The position numbers and the translations under genes were made by a program. From Candidatus Krumholzibacteriota bacterium (GTDB taxonomy: Bacteria > Krumholzibacteriota > Krumholzibacteriia > JAJRXK01), in NCBI GenBank assembly GCA_963764625.1, contig CAVXTH010000006.1:1085-65084 (forward strand): a DNA stretch of 64,000 nucleotides, given 5' to 3'. The notes beneath the pieces were generated by a model. It saw only the letters and a list, made by a program, of their open reading frames with translations, did not search any database and was not told the origin of the DNA. Below are positions 8,952 through 18,041 of the stretch, in pieces (positions within the stretch are counted from its first letter, which is position 1; the number at the start of each line of letters is the position of its first letter).

Positions 8952-9922
8952 CCGAGACACTTCAGCTGCTAGAATAGCGCACACTGAAGGAGGTCTCGAT
9001 ATGAACCAAGAAGTGAAGGACATACTGGAAGCCCGGCGCAGATTCATCGTCCTGGAGTTCGCGCTGAAGAGCGGCAACATCGCCAAGGAATGCCGTGAGT
9101 TCGAAGTGCCAAGGTCTTCATTCTACAGGTGGAAGAAAGCCTACGAGGCAGGCGGGAAAGACGCCCTGCTCCGTAAACGCCCCGTAGCAAAACGTCACCC
9201 GCGGCAAATCCCACCAGAGTACGTCGAGAAGATTCTCCACCTGAAATCGACCTACCATCTCGGGCCTCAACGGATCGCCTGGTATCTCGAGCGCTACCAT
9301 GACTTCAAGACCTCCTGTTCAAGCGTCTACCGCACGCTCAAGCGCAACGGCGCGGTCCCCTGCCGCGACATGTTGGCCGCCGTGCAATCCACACCCGCCG
9401 CTACGCCAAAAGGGTCCCTGGCCATCAGATCCAGGTAGACGTGAAGTTCCTGAATCTGAGAACAGAGGATGACCGTAAGATCCGCCGCTATCAATTCACG
9501 GCCATTGATGATGCCACTCGCGTCCGTGCTCTGAAGATCTACCAGAGACATAACCAGAAGAGCGCCATCGACTTCATCGATTACGTGGTCGAGAAGTTCC
9601 CCTTTCGGATCCCCACCGTCAGGACGGATCGCGGCCACGAGTGGCAGGCTCAGTTTCACTGGCACGTCGAGGACAAAGGCATGCGGCACGTGTACATCAA
9701 ACCACGGTCCCCACAGTTGAACGGCAAGGTTGAGAGGTCGCACAGGACAGACCAGGAGGAGTTCTACCAGCTCCTGACGTACACGGATGATGTGGATCTG
9801 AATGCAAAGCTGAGGGAGTGGGAGAAGTTCTACAACCTCAGCCGGCCTCACGGAGCTCACAACGGGAAGACACCTTACGAAGCCCTGAAACGTCTGTTAG
9901 AATAGCGGCAGACTTGTCTCGG
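8952..9922 (+). mobile_element. IS481-family-like insertion sequence (~970 bp) with short terminal inverted repeats
   Basis: CCGAGACA at 8952-8959 is an inverted match to TGTCTCGG at 9915-9922. These flank the transposase. The size fits IS481-like elements. Confidence 0.55.
9001..9905 (+). pseudogene. IS481-family transposase (HTH + rve DDE) split by a frameshift near 9355-9362 (CCCC run)
   Basis: ORF1 ends ...YRTLKRNGAV. The frame of ORF2 read upstream gives PLPRHVGRRAIHTRRYAKRVPGHQIQVDVKFL...YQFTAIDDATR, contiguous IS481 homology. A 1-nt shift is therefore required. Confidence 0.65.
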
Positions 9923-9981
9923 GGGGTCCGGCATATCACAGCGGCATTCAAGTGGTCTCAGGAGCTCAGAAAGGTACCAAA

Positions 9982-10659
9982 ATGAAGATAGCAATCTCTC
10001 TCGCCATAGCATTGGGCAGCCTGCTCTCCTTCTCTACAGCGTTCGCCCAGAATATCGCCTTGACCTTTGACGAAGCTGGAACAACAAACATCCTTGATGG
10101 CCGCTCCGATCTCGTTCCCAACCCAGACATGTTCAATTATCCCTCTGTGATCGTATGGGTCATCGCGTATGACATTCCTGAACTCTCTGGATATGAGTAT
10201 AACCTGACCTCAACGGACGCATCTGCGATTGCGAGCACGCCGACCACTTATCCCTCCGAGGGTTCGGATTACGCTACCCTTCCCGGTGATGTTCGTGTCG
10301 ATACTGGGATCTGCTTCCAAGCGGGCGGCGCTGAAGCGGGACCCGACCCTACTCATATCCGCCTGGCGAAGCATCAGTTCACCTGGTTCTCACCCCCGGC
10401 CGTGGATGTGATCTACTGCATCAATCCTTCGCAGGCTTCGGTGAATCTGAGCGGCGCGACGGCTCCACAGTACACCCAGTGTATCTCGAACCCGCCTTCG
10501 AAGCTCTTCGGAATCGCCCGTGAGTCGTCCTTCAGCCCATGTCCTCCCGAAGGCTGCACATGGCTATACTTCGAGTGGGATCCAGATGGCAGGCCCACGA
10601 ATGGATGCATAATACCTACCGAAGCCCAGAGCTGGGGAACACTGAAGGCGGCATACTAG
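9982..10659 (+). CDS. secreted protein; founding member of a paralog family with conserved extreme C-terminal motif (...QSWGTLKAAY)
   Basis: RBS gaaagg precedes ATG 9982. Signal peptide MKIAISLAIALGSLLSFSTAFAQN. Ends with tandem TAG-TGA. A paralog sits at 47777-48455. Confidence 0.6.
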   Translation: MKIAISLAIALGSLLSFSTAFAQNIALTFDEAGTTNILDGRSDLVPNPDMFNYPSVIVWVIAYDIPELSGYEYNLTSTDASAIASTPTTYPSEGSDYATLPGDVRVDTGICFQAGGAEAGPDPTHIRLAKHQFTWFSPPAVDVIYCINPSQASVNLSGATAPQYTQCISNPPSKLFGIARESSFSPCPPEGCTWLYFEWDPDGRPTNGCIIPTEAQSWGTLKAAY

Positions 10660-11047
10660 TGAGAGAACAGGACAAGCAAGATAGTTTCGCCACGGTTGCC
10701 CAAGAGATCGAAAGCGGGTTTTTCGATAAGGGTCTTTGGGCAAGGGCCCACGTTCCGATGGGGGGACGACTTGGGGAGCTCCGAAGTCCAGGTTTTAGTG
10801 GACGCTGGCTGCAGACCTTCCCGAGGCTACCGGTGATTCGGGTATGGAAGGATCGAGTGTACCCGGGTATACAGGTACCTAGGTGGACGAGCAACCTGGT
10901 GACTCCGTAGCACCACCGCCGCCACTTCCTTCGAGAGAACTCTCCGCTAGAACTGCGAAATCACGAATCCACATGTCACATTCCTTCTTCCTAGCTCGTC
11001 TTGAGGGCGTAACACCCCACGACGAGTACGAACCAAGGAGTTGGGAC

Positions 11048-11524
11048 ATGAATATGCGACTAGACCCTCAGAAAGCCGCTCCCCAGGCAATCGCGGCGAT
11101 GCTGAAGCTCGAGGCTTACCTTAAGCATGTAGAACTCGAGGACGATCTGATTCACCTGGTGCAGATCCGCGCCTCGCAAATCAACGGATGTGCTTTCTGC
11201 TTGAACATGCACACCATCGAAGCGCAGGAGAGTGGGATGCCCGGAGAGAAGCTGGCTCTGTTGCCCGTATGGCAAGAGTCCTCACTCTTCAGCCCGCGCG
11301 AGCGGGCGGCGCTGGCCTGGACGGAGGCGCTGACCCTGCTTGCCGAGACGCATGCGCCGGACGAGGATTTCGACACCCTCAGCGAGCACTTTTCCGAAAA
11401 GGAGATCGTGGACCTGACGCTCTTGATCGGTGCCATCAACGTGTGGAATCGACTCAACGTCGGCTTCCGTACCCCTCCCGAACTCGCTCCCCAGGTGATC
11501 GAGGCTCTCGCGGTCGCCGGCTAG
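11048..11524 (+). CDS. carboxymuconolactone decarboxylase family protein (AhpD-like)
   Basis: RBS aaggag precedes ATG 11048. The motif INGCAFCLNMHT is characteristic of the CMD/AhpD family. Confidence 0.75.
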   Translation: MNMRLDPQKAAPQAIAAMLKLEAYLKHVELEDDLIHLVQIRASQINGCAFCLNMHTIEAQESGMPGEKLALLPVWQESSLFSPRERAALAWTEALTLLAETHAPDEDFDTLSEHFSEKEIVDLTLLIGAINVWNRLNVGFRTPPELAPQVIEALAVAG

Positions 11525-11537
11525 GGAGGGGCTGAGC

Positions 11538-12434
11538 ATGGGAATCGAAGCGACACGCACATTCGAAGAGCATCGGAGCCTTCTTACCGGCCTGGCCTAT
11601 CGAATGCTCGGCTCGGTGGCCGATGCCGAGGATGTCGTGCAGGACACTTACCTGCGCTGGCATCGCACCGACCGTGACTCGGTGCAGAATCCCCGCGCGT
11701 TTCTTTCGACCGTGGTTACGCGTCTCTGCCTGGACCGGCTCAAGGAGGCGCGTCACCGCCGCGAGACCTATGTGGGGACCTGGCTGCCCGAACCCCTGCT
11801 CGCCGAATCGGCGGCAGGGGAGACTCCGGCGGAAGAGGTGGCAATCGACGCCTCGGTCGCTCTCATGCTGGCGCTCGAACGGCTCTCGCCGCTCGAACGC
11901 GCAGCCTTCCTTCTGCACGATGTGTTCGACATGGGCTTCTCTGAGGTTGCGGCCACCCTGGATCGCGACGAAGCCGCCTGCCGGAAGTTGGCCAGTCGCG
12001 CGCGCATCCACGTGCGCGACTCCCGCCCGCGCTTCGAAGTGGACAAAGCCGAGAGCACGCGAGTGGCCGAGGCCTTCTTCACCGCCAGCCGCAGCGGCGA
12101 CAGCAGTCAACTTCGCGCGATGTTGGCCGAAGATGCCGTGCTGAGCAGCGATGGGGGAGGCAAGAAGGTGGCGGTGCTGCGCCCCATCGAGGGGGCCGAC
12201 AGAATCAATCGTTTCTTCACGGTACTGGCCAAGAAGATGGGCCACGCCATGCCTCTGTGGCGTCACTCTATGCTCATCAATGGTATGCCGGGCTGGGTTT
12301 CGGTGGAACCCGATGGAACGCTTCAAACCACTGCGCTGGAGATCGCAGATGGCAGGGTGGTCGCGATCTATATCACGCGCAATCCGGAAAAATTGCGCCA
12401 TGTGGCCCACCTGGTACCGAAGGGATTGATCTAG
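11538..12434 (+). CDS. ECF sigma factor, ECF41/SigJ-like, with C-terminal SnoaL/NTF2-like extension
   Basis: Sigma70 region 2 is LLTGLAYRMLGSVADAEDVVQDTYLRW. Region 4 is LSPLERAAFLLHDVFDMGFSEVA. A ~110-aa C-terminal extension follows. Neighbouring a CMD gene is the typical ECF41 context. Confidence 0.8.
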   Translation: MGIEATRTFEEHRSLLTGLAYRMLGSVADAEDVVQDTYLRWHRTDRDSVQNPRAFLSTVVTRLCLDRLKEARHRRETYVGTWLPEPLLAESAAGETPAEEVAIDASVALMLALERLSPLERAAFLLHDVFDMGFSEVAATLDRDEAACRKLASRARIHVRDSRPRFEVDKAESTRVAEAFFTASRSGDSSQLRAMLAEDAVLSSDGGGKKVAVLRPIEGADRINRFFTVLAKKMGHAMPLWRHSMLINGMPGWVSVEPDGTLQTTALEIADGRVVAIYITRNPEKLRHVAHLVPKGLI

Positions 12435-12463
12435 GCCCGGCCACGAAGCACCAGTCCCTCGCC

Positions 12464-13312
12464 TCAGGGCTGCTCCACGAGCGTGAAGTCGTTGCCGCTG
12501 TTCTCGACGCCGGCCTGCACCATGATCCCCGTCTTCGTGGAATCGTTGTATCCGGGCGCAAACGCGGTCAGATCCCAGCCGCCTGGGCGTAGAGCCTGCA
12601 GCACGTAGCCACCGCTCACCGGATCGACCTGGGTGATCGAAGTGTCGGCCAAGTCCGAGGAGACGCCCATCACGTTCGCCCCGATATCCAGCGGCACGAC
12701 GGTTCCAGAAATGCTGCCCGCAAGCCGAGATTCCATGATCTTGATCGTCGGCTTCAGCTTCCAGATGGCGCTTCCGGGAGGCGTCTCGACAAGGGAACGG
12801 CAGGCATCCCAATCGAGAGTGAGCTCCGTGAGCAGGCCGGGGCTGATGGTGAATCCGTGGACGAGCTTCAAACCCGACTGCATTCCGCTGGGGACGGTCA
12901 GACCCAGTGAATCTCCGTCGATGACGATCCAGGACTTCTCGAGCTGCAGACGAACCTGCGAGTAGAAATCACTGGGGAGGTCTTCCTCGCCCAAAATCAG
13001 CGATGCCCCGTTCACGTAGTCGAGCAGGTCGATGGTGCGTTGCTCCTCCGTGAGCGTGTCCGGCATGACCGAGAACCACTCGCCAGAATCTCCCGTGTCC
13101 TCCGCACCGCGATGGACCGTCACATCACTCAGCACGAGATACAGGTGCTCGAGTCCATCGACGCACTGGGGAGCATCCACAAGTTTCAGGCGTAGTGTGC
13201 CGGGGCCGGTGTTGGGTTCGGTGGAATCCCCGCAGCCGCTGCTGCTCAGCAGAACAGCGGCGAGGGCGACAAAACCCAGAAGCAAGAGGTTCCGGAAATT
13301 GGTTCGACGCAT
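12464..13312 (-). CDS. DUF4382-like lipoprotein
   Basis: ATG at 13312. Signal/lipobox MRRTNFRNLLLLGFVALAAVLLSSSGCG. LKLVDAPQ...LEHLYLVL...TIDLLDYVNG resembles DUF4382. Confidence 0.55.
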   Translation of the reverse strand: MRRTNFRNLLLLGFVALAAVLLSSSGCGDSTEPNTGPGTLRLKLVDAPQCVDGLEHLYLVLSDVTVHRGAEDTGDSGEWFSVMPDTLTEEQRTIDLLDYVNGASLILGEEDLPSDFYSQVRLQLEKSWIVIDGDSLGLTVPSGMQSGLKLVHGFTISPGLLTELTLDWDACRSLVETPPGSAIWKLKPTIKIMESRLAGSISGTVVPLDIGANVMGVSSDLADTSITQVDPVSGGYVLQALRPGGWDLTAFAPGYNDSTKTGIMVQAGVENSGNDFTLVEQP

Positions 13313-13542
13313 GGTGGAATTCCTTTGATGCTCAGAGAGCTCACGCTGAGCCAAGAGTGGCCCCGATCAGGTCTCAAAGATACACAAGATCGGAAGGGTC
13401 AGCCTCCGGACCTCATGAATTGATGCCGAATGCCTTTGGAGGAGGGCGGTTCCGGCTTTCATCCCCGTCCCGCGTGGCTGTGCAGGAGATTGAGCGAATC
13501 CCGCCTCCGTCGCGTCATGCGTTTTCGTACCCCACGGCTCAA

Positions 13543-14199
13543 TCAGTGGAACAGGGCCTTCACCGCACCCCAAGATTCCTCGCCCGTGGAGACGGGCCTG
13601 GTTTGTCCCGTCACCCGCATGGTGGCCTGGCCTGAGTTGTTCGAAATCCAAGAGCCGGGGTTGCCCCAAAACTCGTGCCATCCCGCTGCGAGGCCCGTGT
13701 AGCCCACCGTGTTCGAGTTCCACACGACCTGGGAGTCATTCGGGCCCGAGGCGGACACGATCACCCAGTACTGCGCGCCGTCGGTCAACGAGAAGCTATT
13801 GATGTAGACGGTGATCGGGGCGCCGACGCCAGGATAGCTCGGCAAGGCCCCGCTGACATGCCAGGTTTGGAGCACCGTTCCCGGAACGCCGGCATTGTCA
13901 TCGGCCACGGATATGTCGACCTCGTTGTCGCCGTAATCGAGGGTCAGACCCAACTCGAACTTGTACGAATCGTAACCGGTGCCACTGACGGTGAAGGCCA
14001 TGGCCACGTCCGAATCGGACGTGCCCAGCCCCATGGACAAGTAGTCGTTGATCCAGTGGGAGAAGACACCCGCCGTCGAATCGTAGGTGTCTCCCGTATC
14101 GAAGTTGTCGAAGAAGAAGGTGGTTGCGCTCGCGACGGAGGTGATTGATGACACGAGCAGGGTGGCCGCGATGGCCCGCGCCAGGGATCGAAGCTGCAT
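13543..14199 (-). CDS. secreted protein with C-terminal ...ESWGAVKALFH motif (same terminal tag family)
   Basis: Signal peptide MQLRSLARAIAATLLVSSITSVASA. Soluble-looking Ser/Thr/Gly/Asp-rich body. Shares the terminal decapeptide with five other proteins in the window. Confidence 0.55.
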   Translation of the reverse strand: MQLRSLARAIAATLLVSSITSVASATTFFFDNFDTGDTYDSTAGVFSHWINDYLSMGLGTSDSDVAMAFTVSGTGYDSYKFELGLTLDYGDNEVDISVADDNAGVPGTVLQTWHVSGALPSYPGVGAPITVYINSFSLTDGAQYWVIVSASGPNDSQVVWNSNTVGYTGLAAGWHEFWGNPGSWISNNSGQATMRVTGQTRPVSTGEESWGAVKALFH

Positions 14200-14439
14200 G
14201 AAACGAATCCAATCGGTGATGGGGAGCCCCGAGGGGTTTTGCAGTATAGCATAGCGGGCCGGGGTTTCCGGCCCTCCGAATTGGGAAAGTCTGAGGAACC
14301 ACCCTCCCTCACGCGGTATCTTCCGTTACCCGACGGAATCTGGTATTATACACATCCTCTGGACTCGACTTGCGGTGAGCCACGCTCATTTCGCCGCTTG
14401 GACCATGTGCCGGAGTACATCAACAGAGCCCGCAGCCCC

Positions 14440-15198
14440 ATGAAGATGCAACGAGAGTACGACCCAAAATTATATTGGGATGAGAAGGCCCGGCGCGCCG
14501 GTCGGAACTTCGAAGCCGCGGTCTGCTACGACAACCCCGTCTCCAATGAGATCATCGGCAAAGTGCAGCGACGGTTTCTGCGCATGGCCCTGGGACAAAT
14601 CGGGCAGCGTATGGACTTGAACGGCAGAAAAGTCCTCGACTACGGTTGCGGCACCGGTCGCTGGGTGAAGTTCTTTCGGGGCTACGGGCTCGAGTACGCC
14701 GGGGTCGATCTATCCACCGAGATGGTTCGCATCGCTTCGGAGCGATTCCCGGAGACCGATTTTCAGGCGCTTGTCGCGGACGACATTCCGTTCGCTCCGC
14801 TGAGTTTCGACCTGGTGTGTTCGATTGCGGTGATCCACCACAATTTCTACCAGCAGCAGCAGTCGATCCTTCTTCGCCTGAATCGCGTGCTCAGGCCGGG
14901 CGGCTTCCTCGTTCTCTTCGAGAGCGTCGGTCCGCTGGAACCCGAGGGTGCCCTCGAGTTTCCACGGCCCCAGCATGACTGGAACGCGAGCTTGGCTGAA
15001 CTCGGGATGAAGCCACTTTGGTCGCGCCAGACCCGGTATTTCGCTACCCAGGACATCATGGGCAGGCTGGTGGGAGAGAAGCGCCTACCGGCGGTCTCGG
15101 GCAAGCTCGGCGTTCTTTTGGATCCCTATCTCGGGAGCATGCTGCCGAGGCGATTTCGAACCCGCGGCGCCATGGTGTTTGAGAAGCAGGGCAAGTAG
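14440..15198 (+). CDS. class I SAM-dependent methyltransferase
   Basis: ATG 14440 (MKMQREY). Motif I is VLDYGCGTGRW, followed by the post-I acidic LVCSIAVIHH. Confidence 0.75.
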   Translation: MKMQREYDPKLYWDEKARRAGRNFEAAVCYDNPVSNEIIGKVQRRFLRMALGQIGQRMDLNGRKVLDYGCGTGRWVKFFRGYGLEYAGVDLSTEMVRIASERFPETDFQALVADDIPFAPLSFDLVCSIAVIHHNFYQQQQSILLRLNRVLRPGGFLVLFESVGPLEPEGALEFPRPQHDWNASLAELGMKPLWSRQTRYFATQDIMGRLVGEKRLPAVSGKLGVLLDPYLGSMLPRRFRTRGAMVFEKQGK

Positions 15199-15263
15199 AC
15201 CGCGCTCGCGCGGCGTTCGGACGCCGCGAGCCAGCCTGAGAGTTCGCCGGGGTGCCGAGTGTG

Positions 15264-17984
15264 CTATTCCTCGCGCTTGACCTTGCGCTGCAGCTCCTTG
15301 AACCAATTCGTGACGAGCACGATCTGGGATTTGCCCTCGACACTCTGGTCCTCGGCCGAGATCGGCGGCGCCATGACGATGGCGCGCTTCCCATCAGGAG
15401 TCGTCATCGAAGTGCGCCAGTTGATGGAGCGAACGAAGGCATCCCGTTGGGTCAATTGGGGAACTTCCGCCTGGACGCCCCCACCGCTGTACACCAGAGG
15501 AATGCGCAAGAAGCCACGGGCATCGCGCGCGTAGAAAACCTTGTCTTCGGCTCCCCAATCGTCCGACTGGATCTGAGTTTTCGACTGTAGGATCTCCCAA
15601 CGGCCCGGGGTCACCGGGAAATGACGCAGGTAGATTTGCCATTCGTCGCCACGGTTTTGCACGTAGGCCAACCACTTTCCGTCGTGAGAGAACTGTCCAC
15701 TGAATTGCTGGTCGGGACCACCCGCTACGAGGGTGGGTTCGGCGTCGAGGTTGGTGAGATCCAAAAGATAGGCGTCCCACTGATCGCCTCCTTGCCAAAA
15801 GGTCGTGAGCATCCAGCGGCCATCTGGCGAGACGGAATCGGCGAGGAGGGTGTTGCGTCTGCTGAACAAATCGACTTCTTCGCCCGATCCGTCGGCGGGT
15901 TTGCGATAGAGCACATACTCGCCGCTCTTCGACGGGCGAGTGTAGTAGTAGAACTTGCTGTCGGGCGACCAACAGCCGGCGATGTCTCCCCCCGAATCGA
16001 AGGTGAGACGATTTTCGACTCCGCTTGCCAGATTCACGATGTAGATCTCGCGCGCGGCGTCGGTTCCCCGCATCACGGCGACCGATTCCTGGTCGGGAGA
16101 AATCGCGGGAGCCATCAGGTTCGCCAGGGTTCCGATCCGGCGAAGGTCTCCCGTCTGAAGATCGAACCAGGCGAGCTGGGAGCGTTGGTCGATTTGAGCT
16201 GCGGTCTGGTAGACCAGAGTTCCGTTGGGTGCGAAGGCGAACTGGGCCGAGCCATCGTCGGTTTCCTGATCGCCGATGGAGGTTCTCACGTTATCCAGCA
16301 CCGGCGTGGCCAGCCCCGCGGTGGTTCCTGCATTGGGATCCATGGGGATGGCAAACACCGTGCTCTTGCGGGCGAAGAGCAGGTAGCCGCTCTGGACGTA
16401 GCGCGGCGAGGCGCCGCCATGGTAGACGGTGCGACGCTTCTTCGTTGCCAGGTCTACCAGGTCGATGTCCCCCTCGTCGTAGTTGCGTCCGAAGAACTGG
16501 CACATGAACAGCACCGAGTGTCCATCGGGCATCGCAAAGGGCCAACGGTGGGAGCGCTCGGCGCGAGTGGTATCCAGAGTGGTGAGAGATTGCGGGATCC
16601 CGTCGCTGAGGGAGACCACCGAGAGCCCCGAGCTGAAGTTGGAGGAGAAGACGATGGTGGATTCGTCCACCCAGGCAACTCCGCGCGAATCCACCGCATC
16701 GCAGATCTCGACGGGAGTGCCGCCGGTCACGCTGACGCGCTCCAGTTTTCCGTCAGCGGTGAAGCCAAGCCACTCGCCATTGGGGCTGTAGCAGGCGATC
16801 TTCGCCGAGTGTGTTCCGTCCAGAGTGCGGCTCTGTAGGATGTCCAAGCGGCGCAGGTGAATCCGATCGCCGGCGAGATAGGCCAGTTCATTGCCGCCAG
16901 GAGAGAGAAAGACGTTGGTCGCGACGTCCGTCTGCAGTTTGTCCTGCTGGTCGAGCTGGATCGAGAGCTGAAGCGAAGGGAGCGTCTCACTTCCCTTGCG
17001 GGAAGGCCAGAGCCACGCGGCCGCGGCCAAGAGCACGGCGACGGCAGTAAGTGCCCACGGCAGGATGATTCTCGCGCGCGAACGGGGGGCTTCCATCATC
17101 AGCGAAGTTTCGGTCTCAAGGAGAGCGGACGGGTCCTCTTTCCACCGTTCCAGGCGCACCCTGGCCTCGCCGATGTCGCGCAGACGCTTGCGGGGATCGC
17201 GTTCGAGGCAACGCTCGAGCAGGCGCCGTACTACGGCCGGTGTCTCCTCCGGCAGCGCATCGTAAGGCGGGTGATCACGCAGCACCGCGGCGAGGGTGTC
17301 GCTTACCGTTTCACCCTCGAAGAGACGCTGACCGGTCAACATCTCCCACAGAATTACGCCGAAGGACCAGAGGTCGGCGCGACGATCGACGCTCTTGCCC
17401 TTGGCTTGCTCGGGACTCATGTAGGCTGCCGTACCCAGAATGACACCTTGTTGGGTCATGGCGGCGGTGATGGTAGGGGAGTTTTGCAGGTCTTCTTCCG
17501 CGTTCGACTCGCCCACGTAGGCGCGGGCTAGACCGAAGTCGAGAATCTTCACCTTGCCGTCGCTGGCGAGTTTCACGTTGGCCGGTTTGAGGTCGCGGTG
17601 CACGATGCCCTTCTCGTGCGCCTCCTCCAGGCCCTCGGCGATCTGCCGCGCGACATCGAGAGCGTCATCGATGGGTAGCGGTCCCTTGGCAATGCGCTGT
17701 GAGAGGTCCTCGCCCTCGGCGAGTTCCATCACCAGGAAGTTCTTTCCCTCCGATTCTTCCAAACCGTAGATGGCGGCGATGTTGGGATGGTTGAGCGAAG
17801 CCAGGACCTTGGCTTCGCGCTTGAAGCGCGCCAGGCGCTCGGGGTTGGTGGCCAAATCCAGGGGCAGGAACTTCAGCGCCACTTCACGACCCAGCTTGGT
17901 GTCGCGAGCACGGAACACTTCGCCCATGCCGCCGCGGCCGAGCAGTTCCTCGATTTCGTAGTGCGAGAAAGTCTTGCCGATCAA
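15264..17984 (-). CDS. Ser/Thr protein kinase fused to TM segment and TolB-like (PD40) beta-propeller
   Basis: Starts with TTG (LIGKTFSHYEIEELLGRGGMGEVFRA). Kinase motifs HRDLKPANV and DFGLA are present. A TM helix is followed by WD40/PD40-like repeats. Confidence 0.85.
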   Translation of the reverse strand: MIGKTFSHYEIEELLGRGGMGEVFRARDTKLGREVALKFLPLDLATNPERLARFKREAKVLASLNHPNIAAIYGLEESEGKNFLVMELAEGEDLSQRIAKGPLPIDDALDVARQIAEGLEEAHEKGIVHRDLKPANVKLASDGKVKILDFGLARAYVGESNAEEDLQNSPTITAAMTQQGVILGTAAYMSPEQAKGKSVDRRADLWSFGVILWEMLTGQRLFEGETVSDTLAAVLRDHPPYDALPEETPAVVRRLLERCLERDPRKRLRDIGEARVRLERWKEDPSALLETETSLMMEAPRSRARIILPWALTAVAVLLAAAAWLWPSRKGSETLPSLQLSIQLDQQDKLQTDVATNVFLSPGGNELAYLAGDRIHLRRLDILQSRTLDGTHSAKIACYSPNGEWLGFTADGKLERVSVTGGTPVEICDAVDSRGVAWVDESTIVFSSNFSSGLSVVSLSDGIPQSLTTLDTTRAERSHRWPFAMPDGHSVLFMCQFFGRNYDEGDIDLVDLATKKRRTVYHGGASPRYVQSGYLLFARKSTVFAIPMDPNAGTTAGLATPVLDNVRTSIGDQETDDGSAQFAFAPNGTLVYQTAAQIDQRSQLAWFDLQTGDLRRIGTLANLMAPAISPDQESVAVMRGTDAAREIYIVNLASGVENRLTFDSGGDIAGCWSPDSKFYYYTRPSKSGEYVLYRKPADGSGEEVDLFSRRNTLLADSVSPDGRWMLTTFWQGGDQWDAYLLDLTNLDAEPTLVAGGPDQQFSGQFSHDGKWLAYVQNRGDEWQIYLRHFPVTPGRWEILQSKTQIQSDDWGAEDKVFYARDARGFLRIPLVYSGGGVQAEVPQLTQRDAFVRSINWRTSMTTPDGKRAIVMAPPISAEDQSVEGKSQIVLVTNWFKELQRKVKREE

Positions 17985-18041
17985 TGACGTATTTCCTGGA
18001 TAGAGGTGGCATGGAGGGGAACGGGCTCAGCAGATCCTATC

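Noticed and set aside
8963-9905. 10-bp direct repeat TAGAATAGCG at 8963-8972 and 9896-9905 as a target-site duplication of the IS481-like element
   Set aside because: Both copies lie inside the element's inverted-repeat boundaries (8952/9922). The right copy overlaps the transposase stop codon. Treated as coincidental or internal.
11454-12812. 452-aa minus-strand ORF
   Set aside because: Antisense to the ECF sigma factor gene and spanning the intergenic region. Arg-rich artefact.
15621-16838. 405-aa +strand ORF inside kinase gene 15264..17984
   Set aside because: Antisense shadow in a high-GC region. The minus frame has clear kinase/beta-propeller homology.
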